A DNA stretch of 11,526 nt from a virus (IMGVR_UViG_2537561670_000005), one strand, 5' to 3'; counted from the stretch's first letter, positions 1-7,369 are shown. The notes: a model not told the origin generated them from the sequence alone. Program-made: numbers and translations.

Positions 1-1242
1 ATGGCGAGAAAAACACACCCATTAACCACAGTGCAGATCAAAGCAGCCAGACCAGCGCAAAAGGAGTACACCCTGCAGGACGGCGGAGGGCTTTTTCTCC
101 TGGTCAAACCGTCTGGATCAAAACTCTGGAGATTTTCCTACTACCGACCATCGGACAAAAAAAGAATATTGCTGAGTTTTGGATCGCTTGAAGATGTTTC
201 CCTGGCTGATGCCAGAAAACGCCGTAGCGAGTACAGGACGTTAATCAGTGCCGGAACTGACCCGCAGGACCACGAGAGGCAAAAAAGAGAGACAGAGGCC
301 CGAAGACAAGGGAACACGTTCGAAAATGTGGCGGCGGCATGGTACCAGGTGAAAATCAGCCAGAATCTGGCCCCCAACACGATTAAAGACATCTGGCGTT
401 CGCTGGATAAATATGTATTCCCGTTCATCGGCAACACGCCAATAGATACCCTCACCGCCCGAAGGTTCGTTGAAGTGCTTACACCCATCAAGGAGCGCGG
501 CAACCTGGAAACACTCAAGCGGGTTTTACAGCGCGTTAATGAGGTAATGGATTACGCCGCCAACAGTGGGCTGATTGATGCCAATCCGGCTATGAATGTG
601 CGTAAGGCGTTTCCCTCACCTGTAAAAAAACATATGCCAACAATCCGCCCCGAACAGCTGCCGGAGCTTATGCAGGCTTTATCAGTATCGGCAACAGAAC
701 GGCAGACCAGATTACTGATTGAATGGCAGTTACTGACCGTAACCCGTCCCGCCGAAGCGTCATCAACGCGGTGGGATGAAATCAACCTGGACGCGAAGCA
801 ATGGACGATACCTGCCGGACGCATGAAGATGCGCAGGGATCACGTTATCCCGCTTTCCGGTCAGGCTATGGCGGTGCTGGAGGCCATGAAACCAATCAGC
901 CACCACCGCAATTACGTTTTCCCAAGTCTGAAAGACCCACAGCAGCCGATGAACAGCCAGACAGCTAACGCAGCATTGCGGCGTATGGGATTCGCTGGCG
1001 TGCTGGTGTCTCATGGATTACGCGCCATATTCAGCACAGCAGCGAACGAGGAAGGATTCGAGCCGGACGTAATAGAGGCGGCACTTGCCCACGTCGACAC
1101 CAACGAAGTTAGACGGGCATACAACCGGAGCAACTACATAGAAAAACGCATCGTGCTGATGCGCTGGTGGGGCGAATTTGTCGAGGCTGCGGCGACGGGC
1201 GTAACCCTCGCCAGTGGTAAAAGGGGTATCCGAGCCGTGTAG
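1..1242 (+). CDS. int: Tyrosine recombinase, P4-type integrase (site-specific integrase of a satellite/island)
   Basis: 413-aa ORF starting at the window edge. N-terminus (AARP..Y.L.DGGGL.LLVKPSGSK.WRF.Y) is typical of the P4 integrase arm-binding domain; C-terminal catalytic signature HGLRA and the tyrosine in RRAYNRSNY are present. True start could lie upstream of the window. Confidence 0.93.
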   Translation: MARKTHPLTTVQIKAARPAQKEYTLQDGGGLFLLVKPSGSKLWRFSYYRPSDKKRILLSFGSLEDVSLADARKRRSEYRTLISAGTDPQDHERQKRETEARRQGNTFENVAAAWYQVKISQNLAPNTIKDIWRSLDKYVFPFIGNTPIDTLTARRFVEVLTPIKERGNLETLKRVLQRVNEVMDYAANSGLIDANPAMNVRKAFPSPVKKHMPTIRPEQLPELMQALSVSATERQTRLLIEWQLLTVTRPAEASSTRWDEINLDAKQWTIPAGRMKMRRDHVIPLSGQAMAVLEAMKPISHHRNYVFPSLKDPQQPMNSQTANAALRRMGFAGVLVSHGLRAIFSTAANEEGFEPDVIEAALAHVDTNEVRRAYNRSNYIEKRIVLMRWWGEFVEAAATGVTLASGKRGIRAV

Positions 1243-1319
1243 CTGTACAGAAAACCAGTAAAAACTACGAAAACCATGTAAAACCGTCGTATAATTGCAT
1301 CAAATTTAACGACAAGGCC

Positions 1320-1571
1320 GTGAAACATGAAACCGTTAAGATGCAAAAAAATATCAGATGCAATTGCGACGGGCTGCAACTGGCCCTGATGGTTCAGCAT
1401 GAATTTTGGTCAACCTACGATCCGGAGGACAGAACGACGGCCCCATCAAAAAAACAGGTAGTAGATTTTCTGGTATCCCGTGGCGCTTCCAGAAATCTGG
1501 CGGTAAGTATTGATAAGGTCGTACGTCCGGCATCTATGAAGATCGGAGGCAGGCCCAAAAAATGGCGGTAA
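1320..1571 (+). CDS. Hypothetical small protein (83 aa as drawn; start uncertain, GTG at 1320 or ATG at 1341)
   Basis: Open frame preceded by TATAAT at 1290-1295 and AAGG at 1314-1317, and followed by a strong intrinsic terminator. No recognisable family; basic C-terminus GGRPKKWR. Could equally be non-coding leader. Confidence 0.33.
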   Translation: MKHETVKMQKNIRCNCDGLQLALMVQHEFWSTYDPEDRTTAPSKKQVVDFLVSRGASRNLAVSIDKVVRPASMKIGGRPKKWR

Positions 1572-1582
1572 CAATCCTGGAA

Positions 1583-1605
1583 GCGGCAGAAATGCCGCTT
1601 TTTTT
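1583..1605 (+). terminator. Rho-independent terminator
   Basis: Stem GCGGCA / TGCCGC with GAAA loop followed by a 7-T run (aagcggcagaaatgccgcttttttt). Confidence 0.7.
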
Positions 1606-1631
1606 ATAATTCCATTTCAAATCATCAATAT

Positions 1632-1719
1632 AAAAACGGTGTATACCGTTTAAAAACGGTGGGAACTGTTTTTACCCATATCCGATGATTTACCGTATTT
1701 GTCACCGGAATACACCGGA
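1632..1719. promoter_or_regulatory. Operator-like repeats upstream of alpA
   Basis: Inverted repeat AAACGGT-gtat-ACCGTTT (1634-1651) plus a third direct AAACGGT half-site at 1654-1660 (20 bp from the first); direct repeat CACCGGA at 1703-1709 and 1713-1719. Confidence 0.4.
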
Positions 1720-1737
1720 TTCACAAGGTAAATCACG

Positions 1738-1944
1738 ATGGAAGCAATCAGAAAAATTATCTTTCGCCAGGAAGTAAAAAAAATTATCCACATCAAGGCA
1801 GACAGCACGCTGCAAAGCATGATCAACGCCGGAGAATTTCCGCAGGGTTTTCGCGTTGGTTTACGCCGTCGCGGATGGTATGAGGATGATGTGTTGGCCT
1901 GGCAGAAAGAACGCGAACAGGAAGCACGCGGAACGGCTGCTTAA
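1738..1944 (+). CDS. alpA: AlpA-family (Vis/excisionase-like, MerR-type HTH) transcriptional regulator
   Basis: 68-aa ORF with AAGG RBS at 1725-1728. The pattern ...AGEFPQGFRVGLRRRGWYEDDVLAWQ matches the AlpA signature (FP..., G.R..GW.E.DV..W); its position directly after int is typical of P4-like and PICI elements. Confidence 0.85.
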   Translation: MEAIRKIIFRQEVKKIIHIKADSTLQSMINAGEFPQGFRVGLRRRGWYEDDVLAWQKEREQEARGTAA

Positions 1945-2092
1945 CGGGTATCACAGATATGACAAACACGAAAAAAGCGGCCCCGATATGGAGCCGCCTT
2001 TCTGAACAATTAACCCGCTGCGCCTTATGTGTATATGATCCCAAACATAAGCACGGGGATGATAGCCGCTATCAGGCTGGTGGGCAATGCAA

Positions 2093-2266
2093 TCAGTCTG
2101 GTTCAGTTCGTTGCCATACCTGCAATGAGCGCTTTTCCCTGTATTCTTTAAGGAATTGCTCAAGGGCAAAAGCACATGGCGCGAATCTTTCTGATTCATG
2201 CTCTATCTTTCTGCGCCGTCTTTTCCGTGCCGGTGATAATGTTTTGGTCAATTCTTTATCGGTCAT
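2093..2266 (-). CDS. Hypothetical small basic protein (57 aa from internal ATG; 62 aa from ATG at 2281)
   Basis: ORF 42 nt downstream of the RHH gene on the same strand; AGGA 10-13 nt upstream of the ATG at 2266; contains a KRRRRK stretch. Weak support, overlaps an antisense open frame. Confidence 0.25.
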   Translation of the reverse strand: MTDKELTKTLSPARKRRRRKIEHESERFAPCAFALEQFLKEYREKRSLQVWQRTEPD

Positions 2267-2323
2267 TGTGTTGTCCTGCATAGCAATGCGCCGTAATACC
2301 TTACACCACGGCGCTGATGGTGA

Positions 2324-2629
2324 TTACTCTGGTTCTTTGGTCTTGCGGCGCTGGAGTTCTTCACGTGCGACAGTGACGAGCTGCCCGATCTCCTCGGCGG
2401 CTTTGATTCCGAGTTTTTCCACCTGCGCCAGTGCATCGTGCGAAGAAATCAGGGGGTTTTCTCCGCTTCCTTCTGCCTGGCGGCGGGCGATTTCACCGCG
2501 CATGGCGGTTACTATGAATCCGGCGTTGCTTTCACCGTCCAGTTTTACGGATTCCATGCCTTCAATAACATCATGCGGGATCCGAGCTGTCAGTGATTGT
2601 GATTTTGCGTTTTTTGAACCTGTAGCCAT
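2324..2629 (-). CDS. Ribbon-helix-helix (Arc/CopG-like) DNA-binding protein, putative repressor of the early operon
   Basis: ATG at 2629 with GAGAGGA RBS 7 nt upstream (101 aa; the track start at 2644 is a TTG). N-terminal beta-strand/helix/helix pattern SLTARIPHDVIEGMESVKLDGESNAGFIVTAMRGEIARR. Divergent from the early operon with palindromes in between. Confidence 0.75.
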   Translation of the reverse strand: MATGSKNAKSQSLTARIPHDVIEGMESVKLDGESNAGFIVTAMRGEIARRQAEGSGENPLISSHDALAQVEKLGIKAAEEIGQLVTVAREELQRRKTKEPE

Positions 2630-2650
2630 CTGTAATCCTCTCAATGAAAG

Positions 2651-2745
2651 TGTAAGACAATATACACATAAAAAGTCTTACATAAAAGCATTGACATGTA
2701 AGCCACCTATAAATAAAGTTACTTACACCTTGTTAATGCAAGGTG
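2651..2745. promoter_or_regulatory. Divergent promoter/operator region between RHH regulator and early operon
   Basis: Inverted repeats TGTAAGAC (2651-2658) / GTCTTACA (2675-2682) and CACCTTG (2726-2732) / CAAGGTG (2739-2745); a further TGTAAG half-site at 2697; candidate rightward promoter TTGACA (2691-2696)-N17-TAAAGT (2714-2719). Confidence 0.5.
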
Positions 2746-2825
2746 CAGAAACGACGAAACCCCGCACTGTAGGAGCAGTAACGGGGCTTCTAACCACCAA
2801 CGATAGCAAGATTATCGAGGCAGCT

Positions 2826-3026
2826 ATGAGAAATTATACCATACACCCGCAAGGGCGGGACTCGTACAACCTGAATAAATACATCTGGCGTTTTATCGCC
2901 CTGAGCACGGCACAACCGCGCGTGATTACCATCGAGGCCACCAGCGAACAGGAAGCGCGTCAGCAATCTCCGGCTGGCTGCGTGATGGTATTTGCTGCCC
3001 GTATTCGTCAGGGGGTAGGCTTATGA
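2826..3026 (+). CDS. Small protein (66 aa), possibly Icd-like host cell-division inhibitor family
   Basis: ATG at 2826 with GAGG RBS at 2817-2820; stop overlaps the next start (ATGA). The motif pattern ...YIWRFIAL...SEQEARQ...VMVFAARIRQ resembles what I recall of Icd-like proteins found next to AlpA/primase in P4-like islands; family assignment unverified. Confidence 0.6.
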   Translation: MRNYTIHPQGRDSYNLNKYIWRFIALSTAQPRVITIEATSEQEARQQSPAGCVMVFAARIRQGVGL

Positions 3027-3253
3027 GCCAGGAAATCACACTACAACAGGCAGCAGAACGCGCCCACCAAATCGAAGTTATTTGCGCACTGGCAGAGGAT
3101 TACCCTGGCATGATGACCGACAGCGAATCAGGGGCAATCATCGGCTTACTTAAACGCCTTAGCGGTGAGGTCTGCGTATTCCTGAGCGATGAACAGGAAA
3201 GAAGAACGCTTATTTCTAACGAAAAAAAATGCGGAGGGGTACATGTGCAATAA
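3023..3253 (+). CDS. Hypothetical protein (76 aa), early operon
   Basis: ATG at 3023 overlapping the upstream stop (ATGA), G-rich RBS at 3011-3019; no recognisable family. Confidence 0.62.
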   Translation: MSQEITLQQAAERAHQIEVICALAEDYPGMMTDSESGAIIGLLKRLSGEVCVFLSDEQERRTLISNEKKCGGVHVQ

Positions 3254-3464
3254 AACCACACCGGACGCAGCAGCCGCCGCGCTCACTACGCTGATGCACG
3301 CGCTTATCGATATTGAATGCACTGCAGAGCTTGCGCAGGGAGAAGAACAGAAAGACCGGACACAGTTCGCCCTGGAATGTATCCGATACATCGCAACACG
3401 GTCGCTGAATGACGCTAAAAATATTCTTGTTGCTGATTGTGAAAATGGGGGGGGTTATGCGTGA
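3243..3464 (+). CDS. Hypothetical protein (73 aa), early operon
   Basis: ATG at 3243 with GGAGGGG RBS at 3233-3239 (the track ORF 3189..3464 trimmed to the RBS-supported start); stop overlaps the next start. Confidence 0.6.
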   Translation: MCNKTTPDAAAAALTTLMHALIDIECTAELAQGEEQKDRTQFALECIRYIATRSLNDAKNILVADCENGGGYA

Positions 3465-3678
3465 TGATCGTTTTAATTCCCTGAAACAGGAATTTTCCGG
3501 CGTTCCTGATGATGCGGCTGATGCGCTTTCGTCAATGCCAGAACTTATTAGAGCGGCTTTTTTCTTACTTTCCACGAGAGAATATAAATCAACGGGGCTT
3601 GATGTACTGAATATCGCCGCCGATTATGCTGATTTCGTGACAGAGGTTATTTTAAGAAAAACGACGGACGGGGATTAA
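3457..3678 (+). CDS. Hypothetical protein (73 aa), early operon
   Basis: ATG at 3457 preceded by a G8 run (RBS) and overlapping the upstream stop (ATGCGTGA); an alternative in-frame ATG at 3445 lacks an RBS. Confidence 0.58.
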   Translation: MRDDRFNSLKQEFSGVPDDAADALSSMPELIRAAFFLLSTREYKSTGLDVLNIAADYADFVTEVILRKTTDGD

Positions 3679-3679
3679 T

Positions 3680-3913
3680 ATGCGTGATATTTACCACGAA
3701 ACAATAGACCGCGCATTTCTTGCACTTTCTCACAGTGAAAACATGCTGGAAATATTGCGCATATGGCTTGAAACACTTGGCGACAATGAACGCGACAAAC
3801 AAAAATCAAGAATTGCCACGGCATTAATAACGCTTCTTGAGCCTGTAATAATGGAACTGCAAGAAATAGATCTATTGCACGATAGATATAAAGAACAGCA
3901 CACCGGAGAATAA
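3680..3913 (+). CDS. Hypothetical protein (77 aa), early operon
   Basis: ATG at 3680, 1 nt after the upstream stop, GGGGA RBS at 3669-3673; predicted helical, no recognisable family. Confidence 0.62.
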   Translation: MRDIYHETIDRAFLALSHSENMLEILRIWLETLGDNERDKQKSRIATALITLLEPVIMELQEIDLLHDRYKEQHTGE

Positions 3914-3918
3914 AAATA

Positions 3919-4218
3919 ATGAAACTTAAATATTCTGGCTTAACTGCCAGTGGCAACACTCACCCTAAATTTACGCGCGGCGATATTTACCGCGACCAGT
4001 ACGGCGGCACGGTAATGATTAAGGGCGTGGCGGGACGGTGCGTAACTTACCGCCGTGAAGGTTACGAATATGATTGCGTGATGCCTGTTTATCAGTTCCG
4101 GCGTGATTTTTCTCTGGTACAGACCGCGCCGCATAACGTGCCCACCAGCAACGCCAGGGCACGGGCAAACATCCAGAAGCTGAAAACCATGATTAACGGA
4201 TTCAGGGGTAAAAAATGA
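3919..4218 (+). CDS. Hypothetical protein (99 aa), early operon, immediately upstream of and coupled to primase
   Basis: ATG at 3919 with GGAGA RBS at 3905-3909; stop overlaps the primase start (ATGA at 4215-4218). Confidence 0.65.
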   Translation: MKLKYSGLTASGNTHPKFTRGDIYRDQYGGTVMIKGVAGRCVTYRREGYEYDCVMPVYQFRRDFSLVQTAPHNVPTSNARARANIQKLKTMINGFRGKK

Positions 4219-5969
4219 AACTGGCACCGAACGTAAAACAGCAGTCACGCGGCATAAAACACAAAGGAACAGAAGTCATTATTTTTGCGGGTAGTGATGC
4301 CTGGGCACACGCGAAACAATGGCAGGAACATGATGCGCGTATGGCCGGAGATAATGAGCCTCCTGTGTGGCTTGGGGAGCAGCAGTTATCAGAACTGGAT
4401 AAGCTGCAAATTGTGCCGGAAGGCAGAAAATCCGTGCGCATATTCAGGGCCGGATATCTTGCGCCAGTAATGATAAAGGCGATTGGTCAGAAGCTGGCGG
4501 CGGCAGGCGTACAGGATGCAAATTTTTACCCTGATGGTATGCACGGTCAGAAGGTGGAGAACTGGCGCGAATATCTGGCCCGTGAGCGCCAGAATCTTTC
4601 TGATGGTCTGGTCATTGAGCTTCCGGTAAAGCAAAAGGCGCAACTTTCGCAGATGGCGGACAGTGAGCGCGCGCAGCTGCTTGCCGATCGCTTTGATGGC
4701 GTTTGCGTACATCCTGAAAGTGAAATCGTTCACGTATGGCGCGGCGGGGTATGGTGTCCGGTCAGCACAATGGAACTTAGCCGCGAAATGGTGGCGATCT
4801 ATTCAGAGCACAGGGCCACTTTCAGCAAGCGCGTAATCAATAACGCCGTGGAAGCGTTAAAAGTTATTGCCGAACCAATGGGCGAGCCGTCCGGCGATTT
4901 GCTGCCGTTCGCCAATGGTGCGCTTGACCTGAAAACGGGGGAATTTTCCCCGCACACGCCGGAGAACTGGATCACCACGCACAACGGCATTGAGTACACG
5001 CCACCAGCACCAGGGGAGAACATCCGCGATAACGCGCCAAACTTTCATAAATGGCTTGAGCACGCAGCCGGAAAAGACCCGCGCAAGATGATGCGTATAT
5101 GTGCCGCGCTGTACATGATTATGGCGAACCGGTACGACTGGCAGATGTTTATTGAGGCCACCGGAGACGGCGGGAGCGGTAAAAGTACATTCACACACAT
5201 AGCCAGCCTTCTGGCAGGGAAACAAAACACGGTAAGCGCTGAAATGACATCGCTTGATGATGCTGGTGGGCGTGCGCAGGTTGTCGGGAGTCGTCTTATC
5301 GTCCTGGCAGACCAGCCGAAATATACAGGCGAAGGAACGGGCATCAAGAAAATCACGGGCGGCGACCCCGTGGAAATTAACCCGAAATATGAAAAGCGTT
5401 TTACGGCGGTAATCAGGGCGGTGGTGCTGGCAACCAATAACAATCCGATGATATTCACCGAACGGGCCGGAGGTGTGGCACGTCGTCGGGTGATATTCCG
5501 GTTCGATAACATCGTAAGCGAGGCAGAAAAAGACAGGGAGCTACCGGAAAAGATCGCGGCTGAAATCCCTGTCATTATCCGCCGCTTGCTGGCGAACTTT
5601 GCCGACCCTGAAAAGGCACGGGCTTTACTCATTGAACAGCGTGACGGTGATGAAGCACTGGCAATAAAGCAACAGACGGATCCGGTTATTGAGTTTTGCC
5701 AGTTCCTGAATTTTCTGGAGGAAGCACGCGGCCTGATGATGGGCGGCGGTGGCGATTCAGTGAAGTACACGACCAGAAACAGCCTTTACCGCGTCTATCT
5801 GGCGTTTATGGCGTACGCAGGCAGGAGCAAACCGCTAAACGTAAATGACTTTGGCAAGGCTATGAAGCCAGCCGCGAAAGTTTACGGACATGAATATATT
5901 ACGCGGAAAGTTAAAGGAGTAACGCAGACTAACGCAATAACAACAGACGATTGCGACGCGTTTTTATAA
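4215..5969 (+). CDS. P4-family phage/plasmid primase-helicase (D5_N-like region plus SF3-type NTPase), replication initiator
   Basis: 584-aa ORF; Walker A GDGGSGKST (nt ~5163-5189), Walker B-like RLIVLADQP, and a D5-N-like stretch (FANGALDLKTGEFSPHTPENWITTHNGIEY). Followed directly by an iteron array, as for PICI pri-rep/ori. Confidence 0.93.
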   Translation: MKLAPNVKQQSRGIKHKGTEVIIFAGSDAWAHAKQWQEHDARMAGDNEPPVWLGEQQLSELDKLQIVPEGRKSVRIFRAGYLAPVMIKAIGQKLAAAGVQDANFYPDGMHGQKVENWREYLARERQNLSDGLVIELPVKQKAQLSQMADSERAQLLADRFDGVCVHPESEIVHVWRGGVWCPVSTMELSREMVAIYSEHRATFSKRVINNAVEALKVIAEPMGEPSGDLLPFANGALDLKTGEFSPHTPENWITTHNGIEYTPPAPGENIRDNAPNFHKWLEHAAGKDPRKMMRICAALYMIMANRYDWQMFIEATGDGGSGKSTFTHIASLLAGKQNTVSAEMTSLDDAGGRAQVVGSRLIVLADQPKYTGEGTGIKKITGGDPVEINPKYEKRFTAVIRAVVLATNNNPMIFTERAGGVARRRVIFRFDNIVSEAEKDRELPEKIAAEIPVIIRRLLANFADPEKARALLIEQRDGDEALAIKQQTDPVIEFCQFLNFLEEARGLMMGGGGDSVKYTTRNSLYRVYLAFMAYAGRSKPLNVNDFGKAMKPAAKVYGHEYITRKVKGVTQTNAITTDDCDAFL

Positions 5970-5982
5970 TTTGTTGCAATGG

Positions 5983-6208
5983 CTGTCTACCCTGTCTACC
6001 TGAGTAAAGAAAAATACATTTAATTCAGTGCATTAAGTTAGGTAGATAGCCTTTTTTTACTGTCTACCCACTATCTACCCTCTCTACCTGATTTTACCTG
6101 AATCAGACAGGGAGGTAGACACGGGGTAGATAGTGGATAAAAGCACTCTACCCCGCTGAAAGCCGCGCCATTACTGGCATGAGGGCCACTAAGGTAGATA
6201 GGTAGACA
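5983..6208. repeat. Iteron-type replication origin (about 12 copies of YCTACC / GGTAGA in both orientations flanking an AT-rich stretch)
   Basis: Tandem CTGTCTACC at 5983-5991 and 5992-6000; CTGTCTACCC 6060-6069; CTATCTACCC 6071-6080; TCTCTACC 6081-6088; CTCTACCCC 6146-6154; inverted GGTAGATAG 6041-6049, GGTAGACA 6114-6121, GGTAGATAG 6125-6133, GGTAGATAGGTAGACA 6193-6208; AT-rich 6001-6040. Confidence 0.75.
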
Positions 6209-6256
6209 AGGGGAGGCACAACTCAAAACTTTTTAAACGAGGGGGTAAAAATAAAT

Positions 6257-6535
6257 ATGCACACTTCAGGGAAATTTAATAAATCACTCAAAAAACGCAG
6301 AGACAGAACAGAACCGAAATATCGCGCGTTAGACATGACAGAGCACGCTTTAAAGGTGGCAATCAGAACGATAGACCGACACGTAGGGGAAGGATACGCG
6401 AAGGAACATCCCGACCTGATAAGCGCATTCATGACCACAGCAGCGGCAAACTTTGCCACGCTGACAGAACGGGAGATTGCCGAAGCGGAACAGGTAACAA
6501 CCATCAACGTTAAAACCGGAGAGGTGGAATCATGA
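6257..6535 (+). CDS. Hypothetical protein (92 aa), translationally coupled to ssb
   Basis: ATG at 6257 with GAGGGGG RBS at 6239-6245; stop overlaps the ssb start (ATGA at 6532-6535). No recognisable family. Confidence 0.55.
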   Translation: MHTSGKFNKSLKKRRDRTEPKYRALDMTEHALKVAIRTIDRHVGEGYAKEHPDLISAFMTTAAANFATLTEREIAEAEQVTTINVKTGEVES

Positions 6536-6954
6536 CAGCACAGATAGCCGCTTACGGGCGGCTGGTGGACGACCCGCAGGTAAAACAGACCAGCAAGGGC
6601 ACACCGATGACGCTGGCGCGTATGGCGGTCCCCCTTCCGTGCAGCCAGGCAGATGACGGAACGGCGACGATGTGGTTATCCGTCCTGGCATTTGGCAGAC
6701 AGGCCGAAGCACTGGAAAGGCACCGCAAGGGTGAACTCCTGAGCGTGGCGGGTAACATGCAGATCAGCCAGTGGACTGGGCAGAACGGAGAAACGCGGCA
6801 GGGCTGGCAGGTTATCGCAGACAGTGTAATCAGTGCGCGAACGGCGCGACTGGGCGGCAAAAAAGGTCAACAGGGCCAGGCTACTGACGCGCTGAACAGG
6901 GCAAAACAACAGGCGGGGAATGATGATCCGTACGGGGATAACATACCGTTTTAA
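6532..6954 (+). CDS. ssb: Single-stranded DNA-binding protein (short phage/plasmid-type SSB)
   Basis: 140-aa ORF with GGAGAGGTGG RBS; OB-fold pattern comparable to E. coli SSB (G.L..DP..., W..V.AFG..AE......KG....V.G.......W); Gly/Gln-rich linker and canonical acidic C-terminal tail ...DDPYGDNIPF. Confidence 0.9.
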   Translation: MTAQIAAYGRLVDDPQVKQTSKGTPMTLARMAVPLPCSQADDGTATMWLSVLAFGRQAEALERHRKGELLSVAGNMQISQWTGQNGETRQGWQVIADSVISARTARLGGKKGQQGQATDALNRAKQQAGNDDPYGDNIPF

Positions 6955-6970
6955 GCGACGAGTGACAGAA

Positions 6971-6992
6971 GCCGGAGCAATCCGGCTTTTTT
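6971..6992 (+). terminator. Rho-independent terminator after ssb
   Basis: GCCGGA-gcaa-TCCGGC hairpin followed by TTTTTT. Confidence 0.75.
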
Positions 6993-7140
6993 ACGGGTCC
7001 TCCTGGCGGGGTGGGCCTGAACACGGGGCGGGAGGCGCGGAAAAAAGCGCATTTTTGTGATTTTATCGTCATCATCATCATGAGCGTAATTTATTGTTTT
7101 TAATTGTTTTGATGCAAAAAAGATGATGGTTGTGGTTAAT
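6993..7140 (+). other. Degenerate lambda-like cos-derived segment (cos-like site 1)
   Basis: acgggtcctcctgg (cosQ-like) ... acggggcgggaggcgcgg (cosN-like, GGGCGGGAGGCG in place of the lambda GGGCGGCGACCT) ... cgtcatcatcatcatgagcgtaatttattgtttttaatt, resembling the lambda cosB skeleton (cgtcataacttaatgtttttatttaaaa). The terminator plus cosQ module (6971-7006) is about 90% identical to 9411-9447. Confidence 0.45.
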
Positions 7141-7173
7141 TTTCGTTCGACATCTTTGCAGGCAGATAAAAAA

Positions 7174-7208
7174 GCCCGATAAGGTCAGAGGTGGCTTATC
7201 GGGCTTTT
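7174..7208. terminator. Bidirectional intrinsic terminator-like hairpin
   Basis: Perfect 10-bp stem GCCCGATAAG / CTTATCGGGC with an 11-nt loop, flanked by AAAAAA (5') and TTTT (3'). Confidence 0.5.
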
Positions 7209-7264
7209 GCATATGAGGCTTTTTGGTGCACTGACACACATGATCGGGATAATCATTTCATAAT

Positions 7265-7334
7265 TTGCAACGCAACTCAACATCATTGCACAAAATGCAA
7301 TCATGATTATAATCAGAGCTGGATGAACATCCAG
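7265..7334 (+). promoter_or_regulatory. Putative promoter/operator of the capsid operon
   Basis: TTGCAC (7286-7291)-N16-TATAAT (7308-7313); palindromes ATTGCA-caaaa-TGCAAT (7285-7301), TTGC-aac-GCAA (7265-7275) and CTGGATG-aa-CATCCAG (7319-7334) between the -10 and the RBS. Confidence 0.4.
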
Positions 7335-7369
7335 TTATGATTTTTTAAGTCAAAGAGGAATTTCTTACT

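Noticed and set aside
141-1400. Minus-strand ORFs of 83-125 aa overlapping int
   Set aside because: All are antisense to the well-supported integrase ORF and lack translation signals.
1959-3026. 355-aa plus-strand ORF starting right after alpA, with CxxC...CxxC-like cysteine spacing near its N-terminus
   Set aside because: It runs antisense across the whole RHH gene and the divergent promoter region, is Cys/Ser/Arg-rich and low-complexity, and has no RBS. Only its last 201 nt (2826-3026), which has an RBS and couples to the next gene, is treated as real.
5045-5770. 241-aa minus-strand ORF inside the primase gene
   Set aside because: Entirely antisense to a well-supported 584-aa primase-helicase ORF; Pro/Ser/Arg-rich composition typical of a spurious antisense frame.
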